Origin: an uncultured Candidatus Rokubacteria bacterium
GTDB taxonomy: Bacteria; Methylomirabilota; Methylomirabilia; Rokubacteriales; CSP1-6
Assembly: GCA_963754315.1 (NCBI GenBank)
Contig: CAVWFS010000007.1
Span: 384,001 to 448,000 of the forward strand
Length of the DNA stretch: 64,000 nucleotides
Direction of reading: 5' to 3'
Below the pieces are notes generated by a model. The model was not told where the DNA came from. It did no database searches and saw only the letters and a program-made list of their open reading frames with translations. How positions within the stretch are numbered: the stretch's first letter is position 1; each line of letters opens with the position of its first letter. The position numbers and the translations under genes were made by a program. Below, piece by piece: positions 23,379 through 32,590 of the stretch.

Positions 23379-24196
23379 GTCCTGACGAGCTCTGGCGTGG
23401 CGAAGGGCAGCGGATGTGGTTCCGCCCCCGCCGGTTCATCGTCGAAGAGCTGGCCGAGCCCTCCCTGGTCGAGATGATCCGGGGGCCGATCGAAGATGAG
23501 CTGGCCGCGACGGAAGCCGAGGACCCTATCGGCGTAGCGCCGGGCATAGTCCACGTGATGCAGGGTGGTGATGACCGTCACCCCGGCTTCGGAGGCCACC
23601 TGCCGCAGTGTCTCCATCACCATGGCCCCATTGGCCATGTCGAGACTGGCCACCGGCTCGTCACCCAGAATGATCTGCGGCTGCTGGGCAAGGATCTTGG
23701 CGATGGCCACCCGCTGCTGCTCGCCGCCTGAGAGGGTATCGGTGCGCTGCCAGGCCCGGTCCAGCAAGCCCACGTGAGCCAGGCTTTGCAGGCCGACCGC
23801 ACGGTCAGGTGCGGGAAACCAGCGGGCTAAAGTGGCCCACCGACGCCAGCCGCGTACATGCGGCAGGCGGCCGATGAGCACGTTGTCCATCACCCGCAGC
23901 CGACGGACGAGGTTGAACTGCTGATAAATCATCCCCACCCGCGCTCGGTGGCCTTGCAATCGACGCCCGGACAAGGTGGCCAAATTCTGGTCACCGAACC
24001 AGATGGCCCCCTCCGTGGGGACGGTCGCGCGGGAGAGACAGCGTAGCAGGGTGGTCTTGCCCGCTCCCGATCGGCCGATGACGGCGACGAATTCGCCCGG
24101 GGTGATCGTCAACGAAACCCGATCCAGCGCACGCCGCTCGCCGAACTGCTTGCCGACACGATCGAGCCTGACCACGGGGGAGATGGCACTCGCCAT
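23375..24196 (-). CDS. phnC: Phosphonate ABC transporter ATPase PhnC
   Basis: GRSGAGKTT, QQFNLV, LSGGEQQRVAIA and DEPVASLD. Confidence 0.93.
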   Translation of the reverse strand: MASAISPVVRLDRVGKQFGERRALDRVSLTITPGEFVAVIGRSGAGKTTLLRCLSRATVPTEGAIWFGDQNLATLSGRRLQGHRARVGMIYQQFNLVRRLRVMDNVLIGRLPHVRGWRRWATLARWFPAPDRAVGLQSLAHVGLLDRAWQRTDTLSGGEQQRVAIAKILAQQPQIILGDEPVASLDMANGAMVMETLRQVASEAGVTVITTLHHVDYARRYADRVLGFRRGQLIFDRPPDHLDQGGLGQLFDDEPAGAEPHPLPFATPELVRT

Positions 24197-24244
24197 GACC
24201 GCCCCCACCCTACCCGGGACCGATTGCACCTCCACTGCGGTCGT

Positions 24245-24260
24245 GTGAAGCTTTGATGAC
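24245..24260 (-). promoter_or_regulatory. Putative Pho box upstream of phnC
   Basis: Minus strand GTCAT-N6-TTCAC, 11-bp period. Confidence 0.55.
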
Positions 24261-24457
24261 GTCGCCCGCGTTCACTCGAGCTGCCAGACGCGCACCGGCA
24301 CCGGGTACCCCCTATTGTGTCGTGGGGTTGTTCCGGTACGGAACAGAGGCGCATGCGAAGGGAGCCGGATGTTCGAAATGCTGCGCAACGCCCGACCTAC
24401 TGGATCGGCCGCGAGTAGTGGGCGGCGCTGGCTAAGACCTCCGCCTCGGCGCCGCGC

Positions 24458-25438
24458 TCACGATGGGGCGGAACCCGGGAAACCGATCGGCCGTTCAGGG
24501 CCGCTCAACGGACGCGCCGTCGGGTACCCGCGCTCCTGCCAGGCGTGATACCCGCCAGCGAGTGGTCGGACACGCGTGATACCCCGACGAAGCAGCAGGA
24601 GCGCCACCCGGGCACTCGTCGCCTCGCTCGGTCACGTACAGTAGAGAACGATGTCCCGGTCACGGGGAATCTCTCCGTGGCGCGCCTCGAGCTCGTCCGG
24701 CGTGAGGTGGATCGCACCGGCGATCACGGCGGGTTCGGCCTCGTAGTCGAGTGCGTGACGGAGATCGACGATGGTCACCGCCTCCCCCGTATCGAGCCGT
24801 CCCTTGAGCTCCTCTGGGGTGATCCGCGCGATCCGGAGCTGCCGGATGAACCGCCGCCGATTGACCCACTTAATCAGCAGATAACCTCCCAGCGCCGCCG
24901 CGAGGAGGACGATCAGCCACTGACCCAGTCGCGCCACCTGGGCACCGACGACCTCGAGCTGATCGGCGAACACGTACCCCAGCCCCATGTAGAGGCCCAC
25001 CCAGAGGGTGGCGCCGAGCACGTCGAACACGAGAAAGCGGAGGCGGGGCATGCGAATGATGCCGGCAAGCGGCTGGGCCACCGTGTTGAGCCCCGGTACG
25101 AACTTTGCCACCAAGAGCGAGCGCGCTCCATAGCGAGTAAACTTGTCCTGGCTTTCACGGACGCAGGAATCGCGCTCCAGGGAGAGCCGGCAGAGGAAGC
25201 TCAGCACTTGGCGTCCGCGCCATCGGCCCACCTCATACCAGATCAGGTCGGCGAGGAGGCACCCGGCCACAGCAACTGCGATCGCGAGATCGAGCCGGCC
25301 CCGACCCGTTCCGGCGAGCGCCCCCATGGCGAGCAGCACCGGCTCGCCGGGCACGGGAAGTCCGACCTGCTCCGTCCACACCCAGGCGAAGAGGACCGCG
25401 TAGCCGTTCCGGATCAGGAAGCCGAGCACCTCATCCAC
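24458..25438 (-). CDS. DedA (VTT) + rhodanese fusion; candidate selenoprotein with in-frame UGA at 24632-24634
   Basis: DedA motifs (EQVGLPVPGE, ADLIWYEVGR, AKFVPG); rhodanese DIVLYCT-UGA-PSEATSARVALLLLRRGITRVRPLAGGYHAW continues in frame to TGA 24458. Confidence 0.85.
24599..24617 (-). promoter_or_regulatory. SECIS-like hairpin
   Basis: GAGUGCC-CGGGU-GGCGCUC stem-loop starting 14 nt after the UGA. Confidence 0.7.
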
Positions 25439-25882
25439 GGAGCCTAGTATCTCCTTTCGCTGCGGGCACGCGGTCGCCAACAGCGAGGTCCTGTTGACAA
25501 ACCCTTGCGCCCCGCTTGCCACGTCGACCCAGATGGGCCGGACTCGTCGGCGCCGGTAGGCGAGGCGGCGAGCTCAGCTCAATGGCGGGCGATCGGCGTA
25601 GATCCAGTGCCTCACGATGGGCTCGCCCGTCCCTGCGTGTCCTTCGCAAGCGCTTCTCGCTTCTGGTCATGCTTGGTGACGTGCGCGTGCTGCCGGAGAT
25701 GCTCGCTCCCCCGATTCCACAAGGAAATTCTCGACGTAGCGCGACTCGTCCTGAGGGTACGTGTAGATTCCAAGGAAGCCTCGTTCACAGTGGATGCTTG
25801 ATCAACGATCTTGCAAGAAGGCGCGACCTTGCGCGACACGCATCGCCGATCTTGCGGCGGTTCACTTCAGCGCCGGCGCTCC

Positions 25883-28351
25883 TCATGCGTCGACGCGAAC
25901 GTCGCCGCGGACCTTTGCCTGGCAGGCCAGGATGTAGCCGTCCCTCTTGTCCTGCTCGGTGAGCGCGTCCTCCACGGCCATGCTCACGTCTCCCGAGACG
26001 AGCCGCACGCGGCACGACGCACATGTTCCCGAACGGCAGGCGTTGTCGATGAAGACGCCGACTTCGTCAGCGACGTCGAGAATCGTCGCATTGGCCGGCA
26101 CCGGTGCCGTCGTGTCCGAGGCCTGAAATACAACCATGCCTGCGATCTCGGTAGATCGCGCGCGCGTCGCCGTGGGATCACGCGTGACGGTCCCGAACGC
26201 CTCGGTCCTGATCTGGGATTCGTGCACACCCAACCCAAGGAGAGCGGCCCTCACCGCGCCCATCATGGCAGGTGGGCCGCAGACATGCACCCTCCGCCGG
26301 GCAATGTCCTCCACCGAAGCAAGCAAATCGGCATCGATGTGCCCGCGCCTGCCAGCCCATGCCTCGCTTCCCGGTTTGCTCATGGTGACGGTGACGCTCA
26401 GATTGGGATTCCTGGCCTCGAGGGCTTCGACCTCATCACGAAACATGAAATCACGAGGTGCCCTGAAGCCGAGAATGAGGGAGACCTTTCCCGGCCAACC
26501 CGTCTCGGCGAGATAACGTGCCACGCCCATCATTGGCGTGATCCCCACGCCCGCGCCGACCAGGGCCACACTGTCCGCCTGCACCCCGTTGAAGCTAAAG
26601 GTGCCATTAGGCGCCTCGACCTTCACGTCGTCACCCACCCTCATCTCGTCGTGCAGAAAGCGTGAGACCAGGCCATGGGATTCGCGTTTGACCGTAATCT
26701 CGATTCGATCACGCCAGGTGGGCGTCGATGCCATCGTGTAGGAGCGCCGGGTCGGGATGCCTCGCGGCGCGAGATGCAGCGTCAAGAATTGTCCCGGCAA
26801 GTAATCGAAGGGGATCGTCCCGCCGTCCGGGGGTCTGAAACGGAATGTCTTCACGTTGTGCGTGACGTCTTCCACCTCGGCGAGCCTGAGGCTGCCGAAC
26901 CACCTGATTCTTCCGGTCGCCGGATCATTCCGCTCATACCGCGCGGGCATCGGCCGAAGCCGAGACGGTTCGGGCAGGATCTCGACGTTCTTCCGCCGTG
27001 GCCCGGCGGCGGGAAAGCACTTTCCGAAGGCCAGGAGCAGCTTGGGACTTCCCTTGACGCGGATCTTTCTTGTGATCAACGCCGCGATGAGGCGTCTCTC
27101 TTTCGCGAGGAAGCCGAGCCAGGTCCTTGCATCTGCGGTCACGTGGACGTCCGCCGCGCCGACCAGACCGTCCTTGATGTCAAGTGTTCGATTCCGGATC
27201 GTGATCGTCGCCTCGCGTCGTTCGGCGCCCGTGAACGTGAAATGAAAGGTGGCGTCGAGCCCACGCGATTGGTTGGGTTGGAAGACATGTGGCATGAGGT
27301 TGATCAACCCGGCAATTGAACGTGGCCGGAGCCCGTTGTCGACCGGCTTCACCGTCTTGTTCTTGAACTTACGGCGGGCGATCGCTTCCGCGTCAGACCC
27401 GGGGACGACATAGACGGGCTCGGCGCGCTCTTGCAGGGGCCTCACCACGTCGTTGAGATGTCGCTGCTTGTTCTGTAGGTAGGGACCAATGACATCCTCG
27501 CCTGCCGGACAGACGGCCATGCAGTAGGCGGACTTGTAGTTTGCGCCATGACTCAGGCTCTGCCACATTGATGATGTCTCGGACTCGCTGATGCGCCGGC
27601 GATAGTCGAGCGCATCGTGTGCATCGGCTACCTGCTCGACCCAATCAGCAAAGCCGCCCAGGAATTCGCGATAGTTGTGGGTAAAACAGGACGAGAAGTT
27701 GAACGACCCGTCTGGCCCGATGGCTCCCACCGGACACGCGGCGACGCAGAGCTTGCATTCCAGGCATGGGTTGTAATCGATGGGATGGTCGTAGTCGCTC
27801 GCTTCACACCCGATGAGGACGGTGCCCAACAGTACGAAGTTGCCAAATCTCGGGTGAATCAGGTTGCGATGAATACCCATGTGACCGAGGCCGGCCTCGA
27901 CTGCGATCGGTTTATGCGACACGACCCAAACCGCGCCGCCACCGACCTGGTACATCTCCATAGGGAAACCCATCGAGGGATTGACCGCCTGGATCCCGCG
28001 CGCCTCGAGTCTGGCCACCACGGCGGCGCTGATCTCGTTGACCTCCTCACCGGCTCGATGGAACTCCAGGTTGGCCACCGACCGAGGCGCCCCCCGCACC
28101 GGCTCGCGGGCCATGCGCACTACGAAGCTCAGCAGAGACCTGGTCCAGGGGTAGTTCCTCAGAATCTCGTCGCGTTGGGGGTCGAGCGCCGGGCGCGTGA
28201 GCTCAACGAGCCCTACGTCATCCGCTCCGCACTCCGTGGCGAGACGGCGTAACCATGCGCCCTCCAGGATCCTCGGGGTCTCGTGGTGGCGCTGAACTCC
28301 ACCGCTTCGTCCGGCCAGGCGACGAACAGTCGGATGATTTTCGAGTGCCAT
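25883..28351 (-). CDS. Multidomain oxidoreductase: QueG/reductive-dehalogenase-like 4Fe-4S domain + SCP2 + FNR-type FAD/NAD(P) domain + 2Fe-2S ferredoxin
   Basis: GADDVG, KPIAVEAGLGHMG, CLECKLCVAACP and CMAVCP; SCP2-like FHFTFTG...KIRVKG; RRSYT, GVGITP, VCGP; CRSGTCASC...LAC. Confidence 0.85.
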   Translation of the reverse strand: MALENHPTVRRLAGRSGGVQRHHETPRILEGAWLRRLATECGADDVGLVELTRPALDPQRDEILRNYPWTRSLLSFVVRMAREPVRGAPRSVANLEFHRAGEEVNEISAAVVARLEARGIQAVNPSMGFPMEMYQVGGGAVWVVSHKPIAVEAGLGHMGIHRNLIHPRFGNFVLLGTVLIGCEASDYDHPIDYNPCLECKLCVAACPVGAIGPDGSFNFSSCFTHNYREFLGGFADWVEQVADAHDALDYRRRISESETSSMWQSLSHGANYKSAYCMAVCPAGEDVIGPYLQNKQRHLNDVVRPLQERAEPVYVVPGSDAEAIARRKFKNKTVKPVDNGLRPRSIAGLINLMPHVFQPNQSRGLDATFHFTFTGAERREATITIRNRTLDIKDGLVGAADVHVTADARTWLGFLAKERRLIAALITRKIRVKGSPKLLLAFGKCFPAAGPRRKNVEILPEPSRLRPMPARYERNDPATGRIRWFGSLRLAEVEDVTHNVKTFRFRPPDGGTIPFDYLPGQFLTLHLAPRGIPTRRSYTMASTPTWRDRIEITVKRESHGLVSRFLHDEMRVGDDVKVEAPNGTFSFNGVQADSVALVGAGVGITPMMGVARYLAETGWPGKVSLILGFRAPRDFMFRDEVEALEARNPNLSVTVTMSKPGSEAWAGRRGHIDADLLASVEDIARRRVHVCGPPAMMGAVRAALLGLGVHESQIRTEAFGTVTRDPTATRARSTEIAGMVVFQASDTTAPVPANATILDVADEVGVFIDNACRSGTCASCRVRLVSGDVSMAVEDALTEQDKRDGYILACQAKVRGDVRVDA

Positions 28352-28385
28352 AATCTCAACCCCCACTCGAAGGGTACCTCAGCTG

Positions 28386-28401
28386 GGTTGTACATACAAC
28401 C
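28386..28401. promoter_or_regulatory. Palindromic operator (probable MarR site)
   Basis: GGTTGTA-CA-TACAACC perfect inverted repeat about 35 bp upstream of the oxidoreductase. Confidence 0.7.
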
Positions 28402-28409
28402 ACCTCGCG

Positions 28410-28922
28410 TCACGTTTCGGTCGAGCCGGGTGCGCGCGCCGCCCGTCCCGGATTGGCCACGCGGCGCAGGGACGCGACTCCTCTCTCGCCCAGCAATGGT
28501 CTGGTCTTCCTCTGCGCCTCGCGCCACGCGGGGAATGCCTCTTCCAGCAATCGCTGACCCGTTGGCGTCACGCTGAGGATCGTGGCGCGCTCATCATCAC
28601 CGCGGGCCTTGCTCACCCAGCCCTGCGCGCACATGCGCGCGAGGTCACGGCTCAAGGTGGACTTTTCCAAATGCAGCGCCCGGCCCAGGTCCTGTTGCGT
28701 GACGGGCGCACGACGGAACGCCATCACGAGAATGTTCATCTGCCCGATGGTCAGGCCGTGAGGACGTAGCTCACGGTTGTAAATGCTCGTCACCCGCCGA
28801 GTGAGTATCCGCAACCTCACCGCGATGCACGCCTCGGCAATGATCGCGGCCTTGGCCCGGACTGATCTCCCTGGACGCCCGCTCGCTCGTTTTGGCTTCA
28901 CCAATGGAGTATATACAACCAT
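28410..28922 (-). CDS. MarR family transcriptional regulator
   Basis: LRPHGLTIGQ, LEKSTLSRDL, D.R and TPTG winged-helix pattern. Confidence 0.88.
   Translation of the reverse strand: MVVYTPLVKPKRASGRPGRSVRAKAAIIAEACIAVRLRILTRRVTSIYNRELRPHGLTIGQMNILVMAFRRAPVTQQDLGRALHLEKSTLSRDLARMCAQGWVSKARGDDERATILSVTPTGQRLLEEAFPAWREAQRKTRPLLGERGVASLRRVANPGRAARAPGSTET
28905..28921. promoter_or_regulatory. Second copy of the MarR-like operator over the marR start
   Basis: TGGAGTATATACAACCA, near-identical to 28386-28401. Confidence 0.6.
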
Positions 28923-29055
28923 CGGATGATCACGTTAGCGAGCATGCGGCTGTGCGAACGATCGTGCGGGAGTCTGGGCCTCGCGTTAACGTCTCAGGGC
29001 CTCGCGTCGATCGCTGGCGACGCGCTGCCGGAGCTGGATCGACGAGTGAGGGGTC

Positions 29056-29466
29056 TCACCGGCAAGCGCCCGTGGCGCGGCCCAGGAAGTTGATGAGGGC
29101 CGAGGTGTCGAAGGAAAACATCTGGGCCCGGGCGAGCTTCCCTTCACGCACGCGATAGAGGCCTAGCACCGGACCGTCGAATCGGTCCCCAGTCGGGCTC
29201 ACTCCACGCTGCTGCCAGAGGACGACGACCTCCTCAGGGCTGGCCGCCACAACGCGAGCATCCATTCTCCGCTCCGCCCCAGTCGGCTGCAGAGGGACCC
29301 ACGTGTCCACCCACGCGGAACCGGGGGAAGCACCGCCGTAGGGCAGCGATGGTGGCCAGTGGAACTCGACGTCGGGCTGGCAGAGCTCGAAGACTCGCTG
29401 CGGGTCGCGGCGCTCGATCGCGCTGAAGATCTCAAGCATGAGGTGGGCGTTCTCGCTGATGCTCAT
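29056..29466 (-). CDS. SnoaL/NTF2-like protein
   Basis: PDVEFHW, YRVREGKL and FDT pattern; overlaps the TetR stop. Confidence 0.75.
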   Translation of the reverse strand: MSISENAHLMLEIFSAIERRDPQRVFELCQPDVEFHWPPSLPYGGASPGSAWVDTWVPLQPTGAERRMDARVVAASPEEVVVLWQQRGVSPTGDRFDGPVLGLYRVREGKLARAQMFSFDTSALINFLGRATGACR

Positions 29467-30071
29467 GACTCGTCTCCTTTCCAGAGCAGGTCCATGACAG
29501 CTTCGTACGTGGCCCGGATCAGCAGATCCACATGGGGCGGAGGGCTCTCCTCGGCCGCGACGTGACGACGGATTGCAGCAAACGGTGCCTCGATCACCGC
29601 GTAGGCGACCATCCGAACCGTACGCGCGTCCGCACGGCCGCAGAGGCGCCTGCTGAATGCATGGAGCTCGGTTTCAATCTGTAGCGCGAGCTGAGCAGCC
29701 CGGCGGCGGAAGGTGGCGGGCCACCCGCGGTCGACGAAGTCATCCCGCCGGTGGAGCAGGAGCAGTCGGGCCTCTCGCGGCTCCTCGCGGTCCCGCTTCG
29801 CCATGTAGAGCGCGGCCTTCAGCCCGGCTTCCCGCGGAACGGCGCCGGCGAGCCGCTCGAAGACAGCGTCCTGGAAGGCAGCGGCAGCGCGGAGCCACAC
29901 TGTGGCGAGCAGAACGTCCCGGGAAGCGAATCGGTGGTAGATCGAGCCCGTCGGCGCCCCCACGGCCTGCGCGATGGCTCCAATCGTGGCACCGGAGGGC
30001 CCGTGAGCAGCGACGATCCGGCTGGCGGCAGTTAGAATCTGATGCTCATCGAACTTCGGAGCCCTCGGCAT
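29463..30071 (-). CDS. TetR/AcrR family regulator
   Basis: N-terminal HTH: TIGAIAQAVGAPTGSIYHRFASRD. Confidence 0.9.
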   Translation of the reverse strand: MPRAPKFDEHQILTAASRIVAAHGPSGATIGAIAQAVGAPTGSIYHRFASRDVLLATVWLRAAAAFQDAVFERLAGAVPREAGLKAALYMAKRDREEPREARLLLLHRRDDFVDRGWPATFRRRAAQLALQIETELHAFSRRLCGRADARTVRMVAYAVIEAPFAAIRRHVAAEESPPPHVDLLIRATYEAVMDLLWKGDES

Positions 30072-30076
30072 GGAAA

Positions 30077-30092
30077 TAGAATATATGTTCTA
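30077..30092. promoter_or_regulatory. Probable TetR operator
   Basis: TAGAATATATGTTCTA near-perfect AT-rich palindrome just upstream of tetR. Confidence 0.6.
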
Positions 30093-30381
30093 AATCATCT
30101 GTCAGGAGCTCTCAGTGCTTGGGCGCTTCATCAAGATGCTGGAACGATCTGCTCCACTGGTCCAGGCAGCAAGACAGCGACTCGTCTAGGATGCCCGACA
30201 CGAGGTCCCTGATGCGCGGCCAGCGCCTCCGACCGCACCACGAATCGAGAGCGCGCTCGGGTGCCTGGGCGCCCTCACGGCCGAGCTGGGCTCCGATCCT
30301 TATCGGCGCTTCGCGGCGCTCGAGCGCGCACGCCTCGCCACATGACTCTGTAATCGATATTGAGTCGAGCCGCAGCGGGAG

Positions 30382-30684
30382 GCTTTTGAAGTACACCTGC
30401 CTGGTATATCTTGTCGAGAACGACACTAACGCGATCTCCAAGAAGGAGGGCGGACGCCTGCGTCGAAGCCCGGCCTACGATGACGCCTCCGGAAGGCCGG
30501 CCACTTCGTCGTCGCCCACGCGCTACAGCCAGTCGAGAGAGGAATCACGACGGGTGCCCAACGGCAAGCGGTCCGGCTTGCTGCTGATCGAGGCCGGGGA
30601 TCTGAAGGAGACCATCCAGGTGGGCGCGAAGATCCCGATGGCCCGCGCGGGGGCATCGAGGTGCGGCCGATCAAAGAGCTTTGA
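30382..30684 (+). pseudogene. Degraded YciI (DGPF) family gene
   Basis: LKYTCLVYLVE start and LLIEAGDLKETIQVGAKIPMAR end, with a scrambled middle. Confidence 0.6.
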
Positions 30685-30694
30685 GGAGAATGCG

Positions 30695-31075
30695 ATGAAG
30701 TTCATGTTCACGATCTACCACGACGAGAACGTGCTGGACGCGATGCCCGAGAAGGAGATGCAGGCTCTTGTCGACTCCGCGATCGAGTACGCCGAGGAGA
30801 TCCGACGGAGCGGCCACTACATCGCCTCGGACGCTCTGCAGCCGGCCCAGACGGCCCGGACCATCCGCGTCCGCGCCGGCAAGGTCTCCACCACCGCCGG
30901 CCCGTTTGCCGAGACAAAAGAGCAGCTGGGTGGATTCTTCGTCATCGAGGCCAAGGACATGGACGAGGCCTGCGCGGTCGCCGCGAGGTTCCCGCCAGCG
31001 CGCGTTGGGGTGATCGAGATCCGGCCGGTCCAGGAGCTGAAGCACTCGCGTGATCAACGCGGTCTACCAAGCTGA
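30695..31075 (+). CDS. YciI (DGPF) family protein
   Basis: MKFMFTIY...TAGPFAETKEQLGGFFVIEA...IEIRPV. Confidence 0.88.
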   Translation: MKFMFTIYHDENVLDAMPEKEMQALVDSAIEYAEEIRRSGHYIASDALQPAQTARTIRVRAGKVSTTAGPFAETKEQLGGFFVIEAKDMDEACAVAARFPPARVGVIEIRPVQELKHSRDQRGLPS

Positions 31076-31120
31076 ATCGCGCTGGGTCCTCGCCACGCTC
31101 ATCCGTCTGCTCGGCGACAT
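31050..31120 (+). pseudogene. 5' remnant of an ECF42-type sigma factor
   Basis: INAVYQAESRWVLATLIRLLGD right after yciI, then similarity is lost. Confidence 0.6.
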
Positions 31121-31225
31121 CGTCCAGCCGCCGGGCATCGGCATCTCACCCATCGCCGACATGGACGCGAACCAGACGATCGTTACCACCGCGCCGGCCC
31201 CGAAGAGCAGCGCTGTGACGCGCTC

Positions 31226-31498
31226 TCAGATACCGGCTTCGACCCCCTCGGCCAGCTCGCGCAGGGCCTGGTTGCGGGCCCGGTGAGCGATCTCGTGTCC
31301 CACCGCGATGACGAGGGCCACCGGCCAGTCGATGATCTCGAGGGCGGCCATGAGCGCGAGCCCCGCGTACCAGGCAAGGCGCTGATTGGCCTGGGGGCCG
31401 CGGGACGTGGAGGTAGACCTCGATGCCGCGCGCGTTCTGGGCGTCAGCCTTCGCGCCCTGCCGACAATGGCCACCTTACTCCTGGCTGCCGTGCTCAT
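31226..31498 (-). CDS. Small hypothetical membrane-associated protein
   Basis: LAWYAGLALMAALEIIDWPVALVIAVGH hydrophobic hairpin; GGAGG RBS. Confidence 0.55.
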   Translation of the reverse strand: MSTAARSKVAIVGRARRLTPRTRAASRSTSTSRGPQANQRLAWYAGLALMAALEIIDWPVALVIAVGHEIAHRARNQALRELAEGVEAGI

Positions 31499-32117
31499 CG
31501 GTTCACCTCCCAGAGTCGACGGATCGGAGGCGGTCAGCTGGCCTTGGCGCGGTGAATAGCTCATTGAGGGGGATGCTCCGATCGAGCACCCATCGCGCGC
31601 CATCCAATGGCCCGCTTCGGGAAGATCGAGGTCAGACCCATGTGGGTCCGCGATTAAGGGCGTAGGCCAGCTGGAGGGGCCTTCACGTGCGTCGGGACGG
31701 TCCAGGCCATCCAGTATGCTGGTCCCTCTTTGGAGCCCCCCCCGGAGAACGCCTTTCCCTCCCGCGGGCTCGGCCGACGTGTCAGGGGTCTTTGGGAATG
31801 CCTGTCCGCTCGTGGTTTGACGGCGATAGAATGGCGCACGAGCATCTCTACTGGGACCAGCGAGCACTTTAAACGGGCGTTCTGCCATCCTGAGTTCCGC
31901 TCGCATCTCGGGCACTACCCGGCCAGCAACCGCGTGTCGCCGCACCTGTTCCAGAAGCTGGCCATGCCCGGCATCTGCGTGTCCTAGCCGAGGCTATCCT
32001 GACCACGCCCGCGCGACCGCTTGGAGGCGTCAGGGGGAGGCCGGCCCCCTGGCCGGCCGGTCCGACAGAGGTGGCGTCCGTTGACTCTCCCAGCAACCTC
32101 AATCAAGGAGATGCGAC

Positions 32118-32522
32118 ATGCGATTGAGTGATCGGTCCGCCGCCCGTATCGGGTACGGCCTGAGCGGCGTGGTCATTCTCTTCATGCTATTCGACGGTGG
32201 CGTCAAGTTGGTGCCGCCCGCAATGGTGATTGAGACGACGGCCCAGCTCGGCTATCCCGCCACCGTGAGCTTCGCGCGCGGCCTCGGCGTCCTGGGGCTT
32301 TCCTGCACAGCGCTCTATGCCATTCCGCCGACCTCCGTGCTCGGCGCGATCCTGCTGACCGGATATCTCGGCGGGACGGTCGCCACGCACTTGCGCGTCG
32401 GCAGTCCAATCTTCACCCACATGCTCTTCGGCGTGTATCTCGGAGTCATGCTGTGGGGCGGATTGTATCTGCGCGACGAGAGACTGCGGTTCCTGATTCC
32501 CTACCGTCGCCAAACAGCATGA
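32118..32522 (+). CDS. DoxX family membrane protein
   Basis: LYAIPPTSVLGAILLTGYLGG.VATH and WGGLYLRD; AAGGAG RBS. Confidence 0.88.
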   Translation: MRLSDRSAARIGYGLSGVVILFMLFDGGVKLVPPAMVIETTAQLGYPATVSFARGLGVLGLSCTALYAIPPTSVLGAILLTGYLGGTVATHLRVGSPIFTHMLFGVYLGVMLWGGLYLRDERLRFLIPYRRQTA

Positions 32523-32590
32523 AGGCCGATACGACAGGCTCGTACCGAGGCGGATGCCGAAGAGGCCGCCCGTCGAGCCGCGATCGGCGC

